From Spirochaetia bacterium (GTDB lineage Bacteria; Spirochaetota; Spirochaetia; CADAEX01): a DNA stretch of 43,470 bases. Below the pieces are notes generated by a model, which was not told the DNA's origin, made no database searches, and was given only the letters and a program-made list of their open reading frames with translations. The DNA lies in contig JAZURI010000004.1 in assembly GCA_045606105.1 (NCBI GenBank), positions 1 to 43,470 on the forward strand, written 5' to 3'. Both the position numbers and the translations under genes were made by a program. Of this stretch, positions 1-9,613 are shown in pieces (the first letter of the stretch is position 1; every line of letters begins with the position of its first letter).

Positions 1-594
1 ATAAATATAGAAGAAACTATAAAATTCCTAAGGGAAAAAGAAGAGAGGCTTGATGAATTAAAATCTCGTTTGGATGGAAAAAAAATATTCGATTTTGAAA
101 ATTATATCAATTTATTATACGAAAAAGGTAAAACAGTCTCAAAATTGATTAGCGAAGACTTATCTTTACCAAATTTTAAGATTGAATATATTCAGAAGAC
201 AAATTCATTATTATCATCAATAGCTGTAGATATGGATAAAGAAGAAAATGTTATTAGAAATAAAATTTACCGTGGAAGTCAAGCAAGGTCTTCGCTTATT
301 CAATTATGTGGTTATTGCGCATTAAATATATTGATATCAAAAGTTAATAATTTACCATGTCTTCCCATTCTTGTAATAGATTATATTTCGAAACCCTTTG
401 ATGAAGATAACAAAAAGGCAATTGGAGAAATAATCAATGAATTTCTAAGAATTGTTGGAAAAAATAATTTTCAGGTCATAATGTTTGATTGTTCTGAACA
501 AAATAGTTTAAATATTTCCGCAGATAATTATCAATCACTAATAACAAATAATAAAACTGGTTTTATTCCATGGTATAAGCCCTCAAAAAGATAA
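1..594 (+). CDS. C-terminal part of an SMC/ABC-type ATPase (DUF3732/Lamassu LmuB-like), 5'-truncated by the window
   Basis: Frame is open from base 1 (INIEETIKFLREKEERLDELKSRL, coiled-coil-like). Degenerate signature GSQARSSLIQL, Walker-B-like PILVID followed by SKPFD, and final strand FQVIMFD. Very AT-rich. Confidence 0.55.
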   Translation: MNIEETIKFLREKEERLDELKSRLDGKKIFDFENYINLLYEKGKTVSKLISEDLSLPNFKIEYIQKTNSLLSSIAVDMDKEENVIRNKIYRGSQARSSLIQLCGYCALNILISKVNNLPCLPILVIDYISKPFDEDNKKAIGEIINEFLRIVGKNNFQVIMFDCSEQNSLNISADNYQSLITNNKTGFIPWYKPSKR

Positions 595-614
595 TACGGT
601 AAGGAAAAAATAGA

Positions 615-1961
615 ATGAAACTATCTGAATCCCAGTTAATCGAATACAAAGAATCTTGGCGTGATGAATATCTCAAATGGATCTGCGGTTTCGCAAATGC
701 GCAAGGCGGTGTGCTTTATATCGGAAAGCGAGATGATGGTTCTGTTTGTGGCGTTGCAGATTCAAAAAAGTTGATGGAAGATATTCCAAATAAAGTCCGA
801 GATGTTCTTGGACTGATAGTTGATGTTGACTTGATGAATGAAAACGGGCTGGATGTCATCAAAATTACCGTTGAAGAAAATCCGTACCCTGTGAACTACA
901 AGGGCGAGTACCACTATAGAACCGGAAGTACAAAACAGCTTTTGCAAGGTTCGGCATTGACAAATTTTCTTTTGCGGAAGACAGGTAAGAATTGGGATTC
1001 TGTTCCGTTTGAAAATGTAAGCGTAGACGACCTTGATAAAGAAAGTTTTGATATTTTTTACCGCGAAGCAATCCGTAGCGGTCGTATGAGTAAAGATGAT
1101 TTGAAGCTTTCAAATCTGGAACTGCTTGAAAAACTGAATTTGCTTGACGGAACTATGCTTAAGCGAGCTGCAGTTTTGCTTTTCCATCGTAATCCTGAAA
1201 AATGGATAACTGGGGCGTTTGTAAAAATCGGCTTCTTTGAAAATGACGCAGATTTACGCTATCAGGATGAAGTTCATGGGTCTCTTATGATTCAAGCTGA
1301 TCGCGTAATCGACTTACTTTATACAAAATATCTGACAGCAGAAATCTCTTACGATAATATTACACGCATAGAGCATTATCCGTTCCCTAAAGATGCAATT
1401 CGCGAGGCAATTTTTAATGCTCTTATTCATCAGGATTTTTCTGTAGGGGTACCTGTTCAAATCAGCGTGTATAGGGATAAACTTTACATCAGTAATGATT
1501 GTGTTTTTCCTGCCAATTGGACGGCTGAAACTTTAATGCAGAAACATCGTTCTTTGCCTCATAATCCAGATATTGCAAATACATTTTTCCGTGCCGGTTT
1601 TATAGAAAGCTGGGGACGCGGTGTAGAAAAAATTTGCCGACTTTGTAAAGAATATGGAATTTCTGAGCCTGAATATACTGTTCATCCTAACGACATTATG
1701 ATGATGTTCAAGGCGAATATGGATGTTGTTGCTCAGAAAGATGACACTGTAAATGACACTGTAAATGACACTGTAAATGACACTGTAAATGCAATTTTGG
1801 CACTGATAAAACAGAATCCTTCAATTACATACGAAGATCTGACGGAAAAGACCGGAAAGTCACGAAGAACAATCAGTAGAATTATAACTGAATTAAAAAC
1901 AACTGGCACTATTGTAAGGATAGGTTCGGACAAGACAGGACATTGGATGATAAATCAATGA
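615..1961 (+). CDS. AlbA_2 (Schlafen-like) + HATPase_c_4 + C-terminal wHTH ATP-binding protein
   Basis: ESQLIEYKES...ICGFANAQGGVLYIG (AlbA_2); AIREAIFNALIHQDF, NPDIANTF, IESWGRGV (HATPase_c_4); C-terminal RIGSDKTGHW. AAGGA RBS upstream. Confidence 0.9.
   Translation: MKLSESQLIEYKESWRDEYLKWICGFANAQGGVLYIGKRDDGSVCGVADSKKLMEDIPNKVRDVLGLIVDVDLMNENGLDVIKITVEENPYPVNYKGEYHYRTGSTKQLLQGSALTNFLLRKTGKNWDSVPFENVSVDDLDKESFDIFYREAIRSGRMSKDDLKLSNLELLEKLNLLDGTMLKRAAVLLFHRNPEKWITGAFVKIGFFENDADLRYQDEVHGSLMIQADRVIDLLYTKYLTAEISYDNITRIEHYPFPKDAIREAIFNALIHQDFSVGVPVQISVYRDKLYISNDCVFPANWTAETLMQKHRSLPHNPDIANTFFRAGFIESWGRGVEKICRLCKEYGISEPEYTVHPNDIMMMFKANMDVVAQKDDTVNDTVNDTVNDTVNAILALIKQNPSITYEDLTEKTGKSRRTISRIITELKTTGTIVRIGSDKTGHWMINQ
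1741..1791 (+). repeat. 12-bp tandem repeat ATGACACTGTAA x4.25, encoding (DTVN)4
   Basis: Exact copies start at 1741, 1753, 1765 and 1777, in the linker before the wHTH. Confidence 0.97.
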
Positions 1962-2140
1962 CAAAAGAACTCGACACAACCACAAATATCTCAAAACTCC
2001 ACAAAGAAATCAGTAACATCTTAAACACTGCTAGAGCTAATGCACTTCCAAAGCCCGAAGAACTTGCATATCAGATTAAGATGGACAGACTTCTGATTGA
2101 AAAGCGGATGAAGAGTTCGGAAGAAGAGAATGATAGATAA
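1958..2140 (+). pseudogene. Probable internally deleted yhcG/DUF1016 remnant (N- and C-termini fused)
   Basis: LHKEISNILNTARANA resembles a YhcG N-terminal helix; LPKPEELAYQIKMDRLLIE resembles a YhcG C-terminus (LP..EEL). ATGA overlap with the upstream gene. Confidence 0.55.
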
Positions 2141-3299
2141 TCTTATTGAATCCTTTAAACAATTTGCTCCAAACTTCTTAAATTCATATTGTATTATAAA
2201 TGGAAGTCTTCTTGAATTAGATAAGGTCGAAAAAAGGGGCTACAAAGAGTTTTCAAATCATTCTCGATCGTCTGTTCCATTGAGATTGTATAAATATTTT
2301 CCAAATAAAGTAACAGAAGAAAATGGAAATCCAGTAAACTATTCAATTCAGGCATTAAAAAATAATACCGTTTATTTGCAAACTCCTACTCAATTTGATG
2401 ATTGTTATGATTCTGATATTTCGATTGATTTTCCAGTATTTGAAAGAATAGCATTGATTGAATATTGTAACAGGTGTGGAATCTCCATAAATTCAGAATT
2501 AAGTACAAATGAAGTTGGAAACCAGTTCCTTGGTGCAATCGTAAAATCGCTAAATGAACATCAAAATTATGAAAATATATTTACTGTAAAACCACAAACA
2601 GAAATTGAAAAACTTGAAAATGAGATATTTTGTAAATCCTTAAATTTAGAAATGCAAAAAACACTTGATTTAGGACAGGCTGTTTCTAGAATAATTTCAA
2701 AAGAATATAGTGATTTATTAAAAAATTTAAAGTCAACTTTCCGAGTTTCTTGTTTTGCTACAGATCCATTTTCTCAGTTGATGTGGGGAGGTTCGTATGC
2801 AGATGAGCACAGAGGTTTTTGTCTTGAATATACAGTGTTACCGAATAATAAGGAATACACAGATATTTTCTATAATTTGTTTCCAATGATTTATTGCAAA
2901 TCACGAAAAGATATATCAGAAAAAATCGCTTTAATGAAAGGGAAAGAAACTTCTGAAGAATTATTGTGGAATATCTATTTTTATGGAGCATTGCGAAAAA
3001 GTATTGATTGGGCTTTTCAGAATGAATGGAGATTGCTACTGCCACTAAAGAGTAAAAATAAAATAGATTATAATGTAAAATTCTTTCCTATTACAAAAGT
3101 TTTTTTAGGAAATAGAATGTCAGCTGATAAAAGAAAAGAACTCATTGATATCTGCAAAGAAAAAAATATTCCGTATGTTGGGGTAAAAAAGAATAAAGAT
3201 TTTTTTGAAATGCAAGAGTGTGAAATAAAATGTGAAACTTGTCCAACTTATGTTTGGAATTCACATAGTGATACTCAAAATATAATTGGAGAAATATAA
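2130..3299 (+). CDS. DUF2971 family protein
   Basis: LYKY, PTQFDDCYD, VSCFA...LMWGGSYADEHRGFCLEY and KSIDWAFQNEWRLL motifs typical of DUF2971. AT-rich. Confidence 0.8.
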   Translation: MIDNLIESFKQFAPNFLNSYCIINGSLLELDKVEKRGYKEFSNHSRSSVPLRLYKYFPNKVTEENGNPVNYSIQALKNNTVYLQTPTQFDDCYDSDISIDFPVFERIALIEYCNRCGISINSELSTNEVGNQFLGAIVKSLNEHQNYENIFTVKPQTEIEKLENEIFCKSLNLEMQKTLDLGQAVSRIISKEYSDLLKNLKSTFRVSCFATDPFSQLMWGGSYADEHRGFCLEYTVLPNNKEYTDIFYNLFPMIYCKSRKDISEKIALMKGKETSEELLWNIYFYGALRKSIDWAFQNEWRLLLPLKSKNKIDYNVKFFPITKVFLGNRMSADKRKELIDICKEKNIPYVGVKKNKDFFEMQECEIKCETCPTYVWNSHSDTQNIIGEI

Positions 3300-3422
3300 T
3301 TCCCGAATTCCCGCAGAGAATTTATCCATTCCTTCATTATTTTTCTTTACTGACAGAACAGCAAATATCAACACAATTACCGCAATCAGAACAGCGATAT
3401 TCAACACCAAAAAAATATACAT
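3261..3422 (-). pseudogene. Small or truncated membrane-anchored ORF (53 aa, not in the ORF track)
   Basis: MYIFLVLNIAVLIAVIVLIFAVLSVKKNNEGMDKFSAGIRE..., with AGAGG RBS at 3431-3435 and TGTTATAAT extended -10 at 3441-3449. Its 3' end runs into the AT-rich island. Confidence 0.5.
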
Positions 3423-3511
3423 AATTCAAACCTCTGTTTTATTATAACACCGGACTGTTTCAAATAATGACACATGTTATAAAAAATTCAGAGATTGGTG
3501 CAGAAATTATA

Positions 3512-3967
3512 TTATCTGCCCTTCACTGCTTCCAGCAGTCCGCCGCAGCCTGCACATACCTGCTCCCAGGTTGTGTCAAAGTCGCCGGTAAAGTAGGGAT
3601 CTGCCACCTCTCCCGGCGAATCGGTGTAATCTCTCAGCATTGAAATCTTGTTCTGATAATCGCTTCCGATAATCTTCATTATTTCATGCTTGTTGAAATT
3701 ATCCATCAGAACAACATAATCGTAATATTCGTATTCCTTCTTTGAAATCTGATGAGCCGAATGTCCCTTGCAGCTTATGCCATGTTCCTTAAGCTTTCGG
3801 GCGGCCGGTGCATAGACAGGCTGACCCTGCTCCCATGCAGAAGTGGCTGCAGATGAAATTTCAAGACAACCGGAAAGGCCCTCTTTTTCTGCCAGATCCT
3901 TCATGACATATTCTGCCATGGGACTTCTGCAGATGTTTCCGTAACAGACGAAAATAATTTTTATCAT
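3512..3967 (-). CDS. Low-molecular-weight protein-tyrosine phosphatase
   Basis: P-loop VCYGNICRSPMAE and the DPY motif. Confidence 0.95.
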   Translation of the reverse strand: MIKIIFVCYGNICRSPMAEYVMKDLAEKEGLSGCLEISSAATSAWEQGQPVYAPAARKLKEHGISCKGHSAHQISKKEYEYYDYVVLMDNFNKHEIMKIIGSDYQNKISMLRDYTDSPGEVADPYFTGDFDTTWEQVCAGCGGLLEAVKGR

Positions 3968-3996
3968 ATTTACTCCGTGTAAAGTTCAGCCTTGTA

Positions 3997-4005
3997 TGAT
4001 ATAAT
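3997..4005 (+). promoter_or_regulatory. Extended -10 promoter (TGATATAAT) for ade
   Basis: TGn-TATAAT 9 nt before the ATG; no SD sequence. Confidence 0.55.
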
Positions 4006-4014
4006 CTGATTAGT

Positions 4015-5748
4015 ATGAAAACTTTATTCAAAAACGGAACCGTAGTCAATGTTTTTACCGGAGAACTGATAAAAACCAATGTCCTGATTGAGGATGACAG
4101 GATTATCGGGGTGGATAACTATCTCGACAACGAGGCTGATGATGTCAGGGATATTGAAGGATGCTTCATCTGTCCGGGCTTCATAGACGGCCATATACAT
4201 ATTGAAAGCACCATGCTTGTTCCCCATCAGCTGGCAAGGATAACAGTTCCCCACGGAACCACAACCATTATTGCCGATCCCCATGAAATAGCCAACGTAT
4301 GCGGAAGCAAAGGAATAGAGTACATGATTGAAGCAAGCCGGAATATTCCGTTCAATGTATATTTCATGCTGCCATCCTGTGTGCCTGCCACAGATATCGA
4401 TGAATCCGGAGCAGTACTGGAATCAGAGGAACTGGAAAAGCTTTACGGCTCGGAAAGGGTTCTGGGGCTTGCCGAAATGATGAATTTCCCGGGAGTAATA
4501 AACAGGGATGAGAGAGTGCTGAAAAAACTTCGGGCAGCACGGAATAAAAATGTCATCATAGATGGACATGCACCCCTTGTTTCAGGAAAATCATTGGACA
4601 GCTATATTTCCCGCGGTATTTATTCGGACCACGAGGTAACCTCTGTATCGGAAGCAACCGAAAAAATCAGAAAAGGGCAGTGGCTGATGATAAGAGAAGG
4701 CTCCTCCGCAAAGAACATGGATTCCCTCCTTGCCTTTTTCAATCCCCCTTACAGCCACCGCTGCATGCTTGTAACAGACGACAGAAACCCTGCCGATATC
4801 AGAAAAGAGGGGCAGATAGACAATATCATAAGAAGGGCGGTAAGCAAGGGTATCTCCCCTGTTACAGCCATTACCATGGCCACTCTGAATGCCGCCTCCT
4901 ACTTCAGGCTCCATGACAAGGGGGCCATAGCTCCCGGCTATGCTGCAGATTTCCTGATTCTCGACAACCTGGAAAAGGTACGGATAAAAGATGTCTGGAT
5001 AGGGGGAAAGGCAGTCTGTGAAAACGGCAGCATGAATGAGTCCGGGATTCCTCAGGTAAGGGCTGAGCTTGAAGATGCTGTCAGATACAGCATGAACATA
5101 GGAGAGCCGGAAGCAAAGGACTTTTTAATCGAAAACAAGGGAAATATATGCAGAGTCATAAACATCATTCCGGGACAGCTTATAACCGACGAACTGATAG
5201 CTGAGCTGGATTTTTCCTCCGGAAACGGAATTGATATCAAAAATGACATACTGAAGCTGGCTGTGCTGGAACGGCACAAGGGAACAGGCCATATGGGAAT
5301 AGGCTTTGTAAGAGGCCTGGGACTGAAGAAAGGGGCCATAGCCTCCAGCGTTTCCCACGACTCCCACAACATCATAACAGCCGGAACCAACGAATCCGAC
5401 ATGGCTGCCGCATGCAGGAGGCTCAAGGAAACAGGCGGAGGACTGGTTGCCGTAGCTGACGGAGAAATAGTGGCAGAGGTTCCTCTGAACATAGCCGGAA
5501 TAATGAGCGACTGCAATCCGGACGAGGTAATAGAAAAGCATGAAAAGCTGAAAAAAACGGTACATTCCGTCCTGGGTGTCTCCGGGAAAATAGAGCCTTT
5601 CATGATGCTATCCTTCCTGGCGCTCCCTGTTATACCGTCCCTGAAAATAACAACCAAGGGGCTTGTGGATGTCCTGAACCAGAAGCTTTGCGACACATGC
5701 TTCCTTCCGGAAGAGCTCCGCGACAACTCCATTATCCGCTTCAAATAA
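4015..5748 (+). CDS. ade: Adenine deaminase
   Basis: PGFIDGHIHIES, DPHEIANV, GLAEMMNFPGV, DGHAP, SDHE, REGS and SHDSHN motifs. Confidence 0.95.
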   Translation: MKTLFKNGTVVNVFTGELIKTNVLIEDDRIIGVDNYLDNEADDVRDIEGCFICPGFIDGHIHIESTMLVPHQLARITVPHGTTTIIADPHEIANVCGSKGIEYMIEASRNIPFNVYFMLPSCVPATDIDESGAVLESEELEKLYGSERVLGLAEMMNFPGVINRDERVLKKLRAARNKNVIIDGHAPLVSGKSLDSYISRGIYSDHEVTSVSEATEKIRKGQWLMIREGSSAKNMDSLLAFFNPPYSHRCMLVTDDRNPADIRKEGQIDNIIRRAVSKGISPVTAITMATLNAASYFRLHDKGAIAPGYAADFLILDNLEKVRIKDVWIGGKAVCENGSMNESGIPQVRAELEDAVRYSMNIGEPEAKDFLIENKGNICRVINIIPGQLITDELIAELDFSSGNGIDIKNDILKLAVLERHKGTGHMGIGFVRGLGLKKGAIASSVSHDSHNIITAGTNESDMAAACRRLKETGGGLVAVADGEIVAEVPLNIAGIMSDCNPDEVIEKHEKLKKTVHSVLGVSGKIEPFMMLSFLALPVIPSLKITTKGLVDVLNQKLCDTCFLPEELRDNSIIRFK

Positions 5749-5774
5749 AAAAACCGGGTCTTTCGGACCCGGTT
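5747..5774 (-). terminator. Intrinsic terminator between convergent genes
   Basis: Stem AACCGGGTC/GACCCGGTT (5752-5774), with an A-run on the left giving a U-tract on the minus strand. Confidence 0.8.
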
Positions 5775-5794
5775 CCTTCATATCATTTATTGTT

Positions 5795-6223
5795 TTACGG
5801 AGTTATATATCTGATATGAATTTCAAAATTCGTTTCTTTGCTCCACTGTACGGAAATAACCTCGCCTGTGTCTTTGGTCCATTCTGCATGATAGCCGGAA
5901 TTGGTCTTGTCAGCTACGAAATCGGAAACGATTTTCTTGGAGTTTCTTCCCAGCTGTTCATCAAATTCTTCTTCAAGATCCCTGCAGTTCTCAAAATTGC
6001 TCTTTCCCTTAGGAATATTGATAAAATAGCCTGATGTACCCAATACACCGTACTGACCGTCTTTGAGTTTTACCCTTTCAAAATCTTCTACCCAGACTTT
6101 GCTGGCATTATAGAAAGCATTTCTTGCTTCCCTGTAACTTTTAGTCATATCATCGTCATCTGCAAATGCGACAAAAGGACCAAGCACCATAAGGGTTAAA
6201 AATACAATCAAGAATTTTTTCAT
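5795..6223 (-). CDS. Hypothetical secreted protein
   Basis: Signal peptide MKKFLIVFLTLMVLGPFVAFA, GGAGG RBS, and candidate TTGACT-17-TATCTT promoter at 6267-6295. Confidence 0.8.
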   Translation of the reverse strand: MKKFLIVFLTLMVLGPFVAFADDDDMTKSYREARNAFYNASKVWVEDFERVKLKDGQYGVLGTSGYFINIPKGKSNFENCRDLEEEFDEQLGRNSKKIVSDFVADKTNSGYHAEWTKDTGEVISVQWSKETNFEIHIRYITP

Positions 6224-6316
6224 TTACTATGCCTCCTGTCGTTAGTCTAAACTAATCTTTTATTTAAAGATAACTATCCTTTTCAGGAAAGTCAACAAAA
6301 ATTTAAAAATTTTAAT

Positions 6317-6344
6317 AAAAAAACCCTGTACCGGAGTACAGGGT
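6317..6344 (-). terminator. Intrinsic terminator of the carB operon
   Basis: Stem ACCCTGTAC/GTACAGGGT (6323-6344) followed by a U-tract on the minus strand. Confidence 0.85.
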
Positions 6345-6364
6345 GATTACTTCTGAAAAACAGA

Positions 6365-9300
6365 TTATTTTATCATTGAGTGATAATCCTGGAGACTCTT
6401 TACGCCTCCCTCTCCGCCGAGACCGTTCTTTACGCTTTCGATTCCCTGAACCGCAGCCAGAGCTCCTGCCAGAGTTGTGATATAGGATACCTTGTACTTG
6501 AGACATACCTTGCGGATTGTCTTTCTGTCCTCGGCATAATTTCTCTTTGCCCTAGGTGTGTTGATTACCAGGCGCACATCCCTGTTCATGATAAGATCCA
6601 CCACGTCCGGACGTCCTGCTCCGATCTTGTTCACCACTTCGCACTTAACTCCGTGAGCATTGTAGAAATCGGCTGTTCCCTGGGTTGCAATAATGGTGAA
6701 GCCCAGCTTGGAAAGGGTTTTTCCGATAAAGATAACCTGATCCTTCTGAGATTCCCTGTCGCTGAGGGAGATAAGCACCTTCTTGTTTTCCCACGCTGCA
6801 GGGGCATGAGGAAGCTTGCTGCCAGCCGCCTCCTGGGCCTTGTAGAATGAGAGAGCATAGCTTTCAGCCATTCCCAGAACCTCTCCTGTGGAACGCATTT
6901 CAGGTCCGAGAATAGGGTCTACACCCGGGAATCTTGCCCATGGAAGAACTGCTTCCTTGGAGCCGAAATAAGGAATAACCTTGTCCTTGAGACCCAGGCT
7001 TTCCAGGCTTTCGCCCAGCATGAGGCGAGTTGCAAGTCTGGCCATCTGTGTATCGCACACCTTGGAAACCAGCGGTACGGTACGGCTTGCCCTTGGGTTT
7101 GCCTCGATAACGTATACCTTGCCGTCCTCGATTGCATACTGCATATTCATAAGTCCGCATACCTTCAGACTTTCTGCAATTCTTCTGGTATACTCCTTGA
7201 TTGTTTCAATATTTTCCTTGCTGATGGAAACAGGAGGAATAACGCAGGCACTGTCTCCGGAATGGATTCCGGCCAGCTCCACGTGTTCCATGACTGACGG
7301 AATATATACATGCTTTCCGTCTGCAAGGGCATCCGATTCGCATTCCAGAGCATTTTTCAGGAAGCGGTCGATAAGGAGCGGACGGTCCGGTGTAACACCT
7401 ACAGCCTTGGCAACATATTCCTTGAGAGTGGCTTCGTCGTAGATAACCTCCATACCGCGGCCGCCGAGAACAAAGCTTGGGCGGATCATGATAGGATAGC
7501 CGATTCTGTCTGCAATGGATCTTGCTTCGTCGAAATCAACTGCCATTCCGCTTTCAGGCATAGGAATTTCAAGCTTTTCCATCATATGACGGAAAATATC
7601 CCTGTCCTCTGCCGCATCGATGCTGTCGATGGATGTTCCGAGAACGTTTACCCCGTTTTCCTGGAGCTCCCTGGCAATATTGAGAGGTGTCTGTCCGCCG
7701 AACTGGACGATTACGCCCATCGGTTTCTCCTTTTCGTAGATCTGGAGAACATCCTCTGTGGTTACAGGCTCGAAATAGAGCTTGTCTGAAGTGTCGTAGT
7801 CTGTGGATACTGTTTCAGGGTTACAGTTTACGATGATTGTCTCGTATCCCATCTCCTTGAGCTGCATTGCCGCATGACAGCAGCAGTAGTCGAACTCGAT
7901 ACCCTGGCCGATTCTGTTCGGTCCGCCGCCCAGTACCATAATCTTCTTTGGATTGTCAGATGCAGGAGCCTTGTCTCCGGTATTGTAGCTGGAATAATAG
8001 TAGTTGGCATTCTCAACGCCGCTTACCGGAACTGCAAGCCATCCTTCCTTGATACCCAGCTCATAACGCCTTTTCCTGATATCCTTTTCGGCTACCTTGA
8101 GAATCTTGGCAAGGTACTTGTCGCTGAAGCCATCTTTCTTGGCCTTGATAAGAAGCTCGTCCGACGGAATGTGTCCCAGACCTCTGAGCAGTTCTTCCTC
8201 AAGCTCCACCAGTTCCTTGATTTCCCGGAGGAAATGCATCTTGATGTGTGTTATGCCGTTAAGCTTTTCGAGAGAAACACCTTTACGGATTGCTTCGTAA
8301 AGCTGGAAATATCTTTCGGAGCTGGCTGTCTTGAGCATTTCGCAGAGCTCGTCTCCGGTTTTCTTGTTGAAGTCCTTGGCAAAGCCCAGGCCGGCTCTTC
8401 CGTTTTCGAGACCGCGGATTGCCTTCTGGAAGGTTTCCTTGAAGGTCTTTCCGATAGCCATAACCTCACCTACAGCCTTCATGCTTGTTCCGAGGCTGTC
8501 TTCTGTACCGCGGAACTTCTCAAAAGCCCAGCGGGCAAACTTGAGTACCACATAATCTCCGTCGGGTGCACCGCCCGGTGTATATTTATCAAGTGTTCCT
8601 TCTCTCCAGTATGGAATTTCATCCAGTGTAAGACCGCTTGCCAGCTTTGCGGAAATAAGGGCAATAGGAAATCCGGTAGCCTTTGAGGCAAGGGCGGAGG
8701 AACGGCTTGTTCTTGGGTTGATTTCGATGATTACAACCCTGTCTGTCTTTCTGTTGTATGCGAACTGGACATTGGTTCCGCCGATGACACCGATAGATTC
8801 AACAATCCTGAATGCCATATCCTGAAGGCGTTCTTCCAGTTTCTTGTCTATGGTAAGGAAAGGGGCTGCACAGAATGAATCTCCTGTGTGGACACCTACC
8901 GCATCTATGTTTTCAATGAAACAGATAGCCACCATCTTGTTCTTGCTGTCGCGGACCACCTCCACCTCCAGCTCTTCCCAACCGAGAATGGATTCTTCGA
9001 TAAGGCACTGACGGGTCATGGAAAGATCGAGTCCGTTGGCAACAATGCTTCTGAGCTCCTCGATATTGTAGCAGAAACCTCCTCCCTGACCGCCCATTGT
9101 GTATGCGGGACGTACAACTACGGGAAATCCGATTTCGTCGGCTATTCTTTCAGCCTCTTCCACTGTGTGGCAGATTCCTGAACGAGGGGTATCGATTCCC
9201 AGGCTGTCCATTGTAGCCTTGAAAATTTCCCTGTCCTCTCCTCTTTCGATGGCATCCAGGTTTACACCGATGACCTTGACTCCGTATCTGTCCAGAACTC

Positions 9301-9613
9301 CTGCCTTGTTAAGCTCGCAGGCCAGGTTGAGTCCTGTCTGTCCTCCCAGGTTTGGAAGAAGTGCATCGGGACGTTCCTTTTCGATGATCTGGCTGAGTCT
9401 TTCCACATTGAGTGGTTCTATATAAGTTGCATCAGCCATTACCGGGTCTGTCATGATTGTAGCAGGATTGGAATTGACCAGCACGATGCTGTATCCCTGC
9501 TCCTTCAATGCCTTGCATGCCTGTGTGCCGGAGTAGTCAAACTCGCAGGCCTGTCCGATTACAATCGGGCCTGATCCGATTATCAGGACTTTTTTTATAT
9601 CTTCACGTTTCAT
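6365..9613 (-). CDS. carB: Carbamoyl-phosphate synthase large subunit
   Basis: IGSGPIVIGQACEFDYSGTQAC, second half GGGPNRIGQGIEFDYCC, C-terminal MGS domain; 1082 aa. Confidence 0.98.
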   Translation of the reverse strand: MKREDIKKVLIIGSGPIVIGQACEFDYSGTQACKALKEQGYSIVLVNSNPATIMTDPVMADATYIEPLNVERLSQIIEKERPDALLPNLGGQTGLNLACELNKAGVLDRYGVKVIGVNLDAIERGEDREIFKATMDSLGIDTPRSGICHTVEEAERIADEIGFPVVVRPAYTMGGQGGGFCYNIEELRSIVANGLDLSMTRQCLIEESILGWEELEVEVVRDSKNKMVAICFIENIDAVGVHTGDSFCAAPFLTIDKKLEERLQDMAFRIVESIGVIGGTNVQFAYNRKTDRVVIIEINPRTSRSSALASKATGFPIALISAKLASGLTLDEIPYWREGTLDKYTPGGAPDGDYVVLKFARWAFEKFRGTEDSLGTSMKAVGEVMAIGKTFKETFQKAIRGLENGRAGLGFAKDFNKKTGDELCEMLKTASSERYFQLYEAIRKGVSLEKLNGITHIKMHFLREIKELVELEEELLRGLGHIPSDELLIKAKKDGFSDKYLAKILKVAEKDIRKRRYELGIKEGWLAVPVSGVENANYYYSSYNTGDKAPASDNPKKIMVLGGGPNRIGQGIEFDYCCCHAAMQLKEMGYETIIVNCNPETVSTDYDTSDKLYFEPVTTEDVLQIYEKEKPMGVIVQFGGQTPLNIARELQENGVNVLGTSIDSIDAAEDRDIFRHMMEKLEIPMPESGMAVDFDEARSIADRIGYPIMIRPSFVLGGRGMEVIYDEATLKEYVAKAVGVTPDRPLLIDRFLKNALECESDALADGKHVYIPSVMEHVELAGIHSGDSACVIPPVSISKENIETIKEYTRRIAESLKVCGLMNMQYAIEDGKVYVIEANPRASRTVPLVSKVCDTQMARLATRLMLGESLESLGLKDKVIPYFGSKEAVLPWARFPGVDPILGPEMRSTGEVLGMAESYALSFYKAQEAAGSKLPHAPAAWENKKVLISLSDRESQKDQVIFIGKTLSKLGFTIIATQGTADFYNAHGVKCEVVNKIGAGRPDVVDLIMNRDVRLVINTPRAKRNYAEDRKTIRKVCLKYKVSYITTLAGALAAVQGIESVKNGLGGEGGVKSLQDYHSMIK

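Noticed and set aside
3354-3407. Imperfect 21-bp direct repeat (CAGAACAGC...TCAACAC)
   Set aside because: Explained by the repetitive hydrophobic codons of the small TM ORF.
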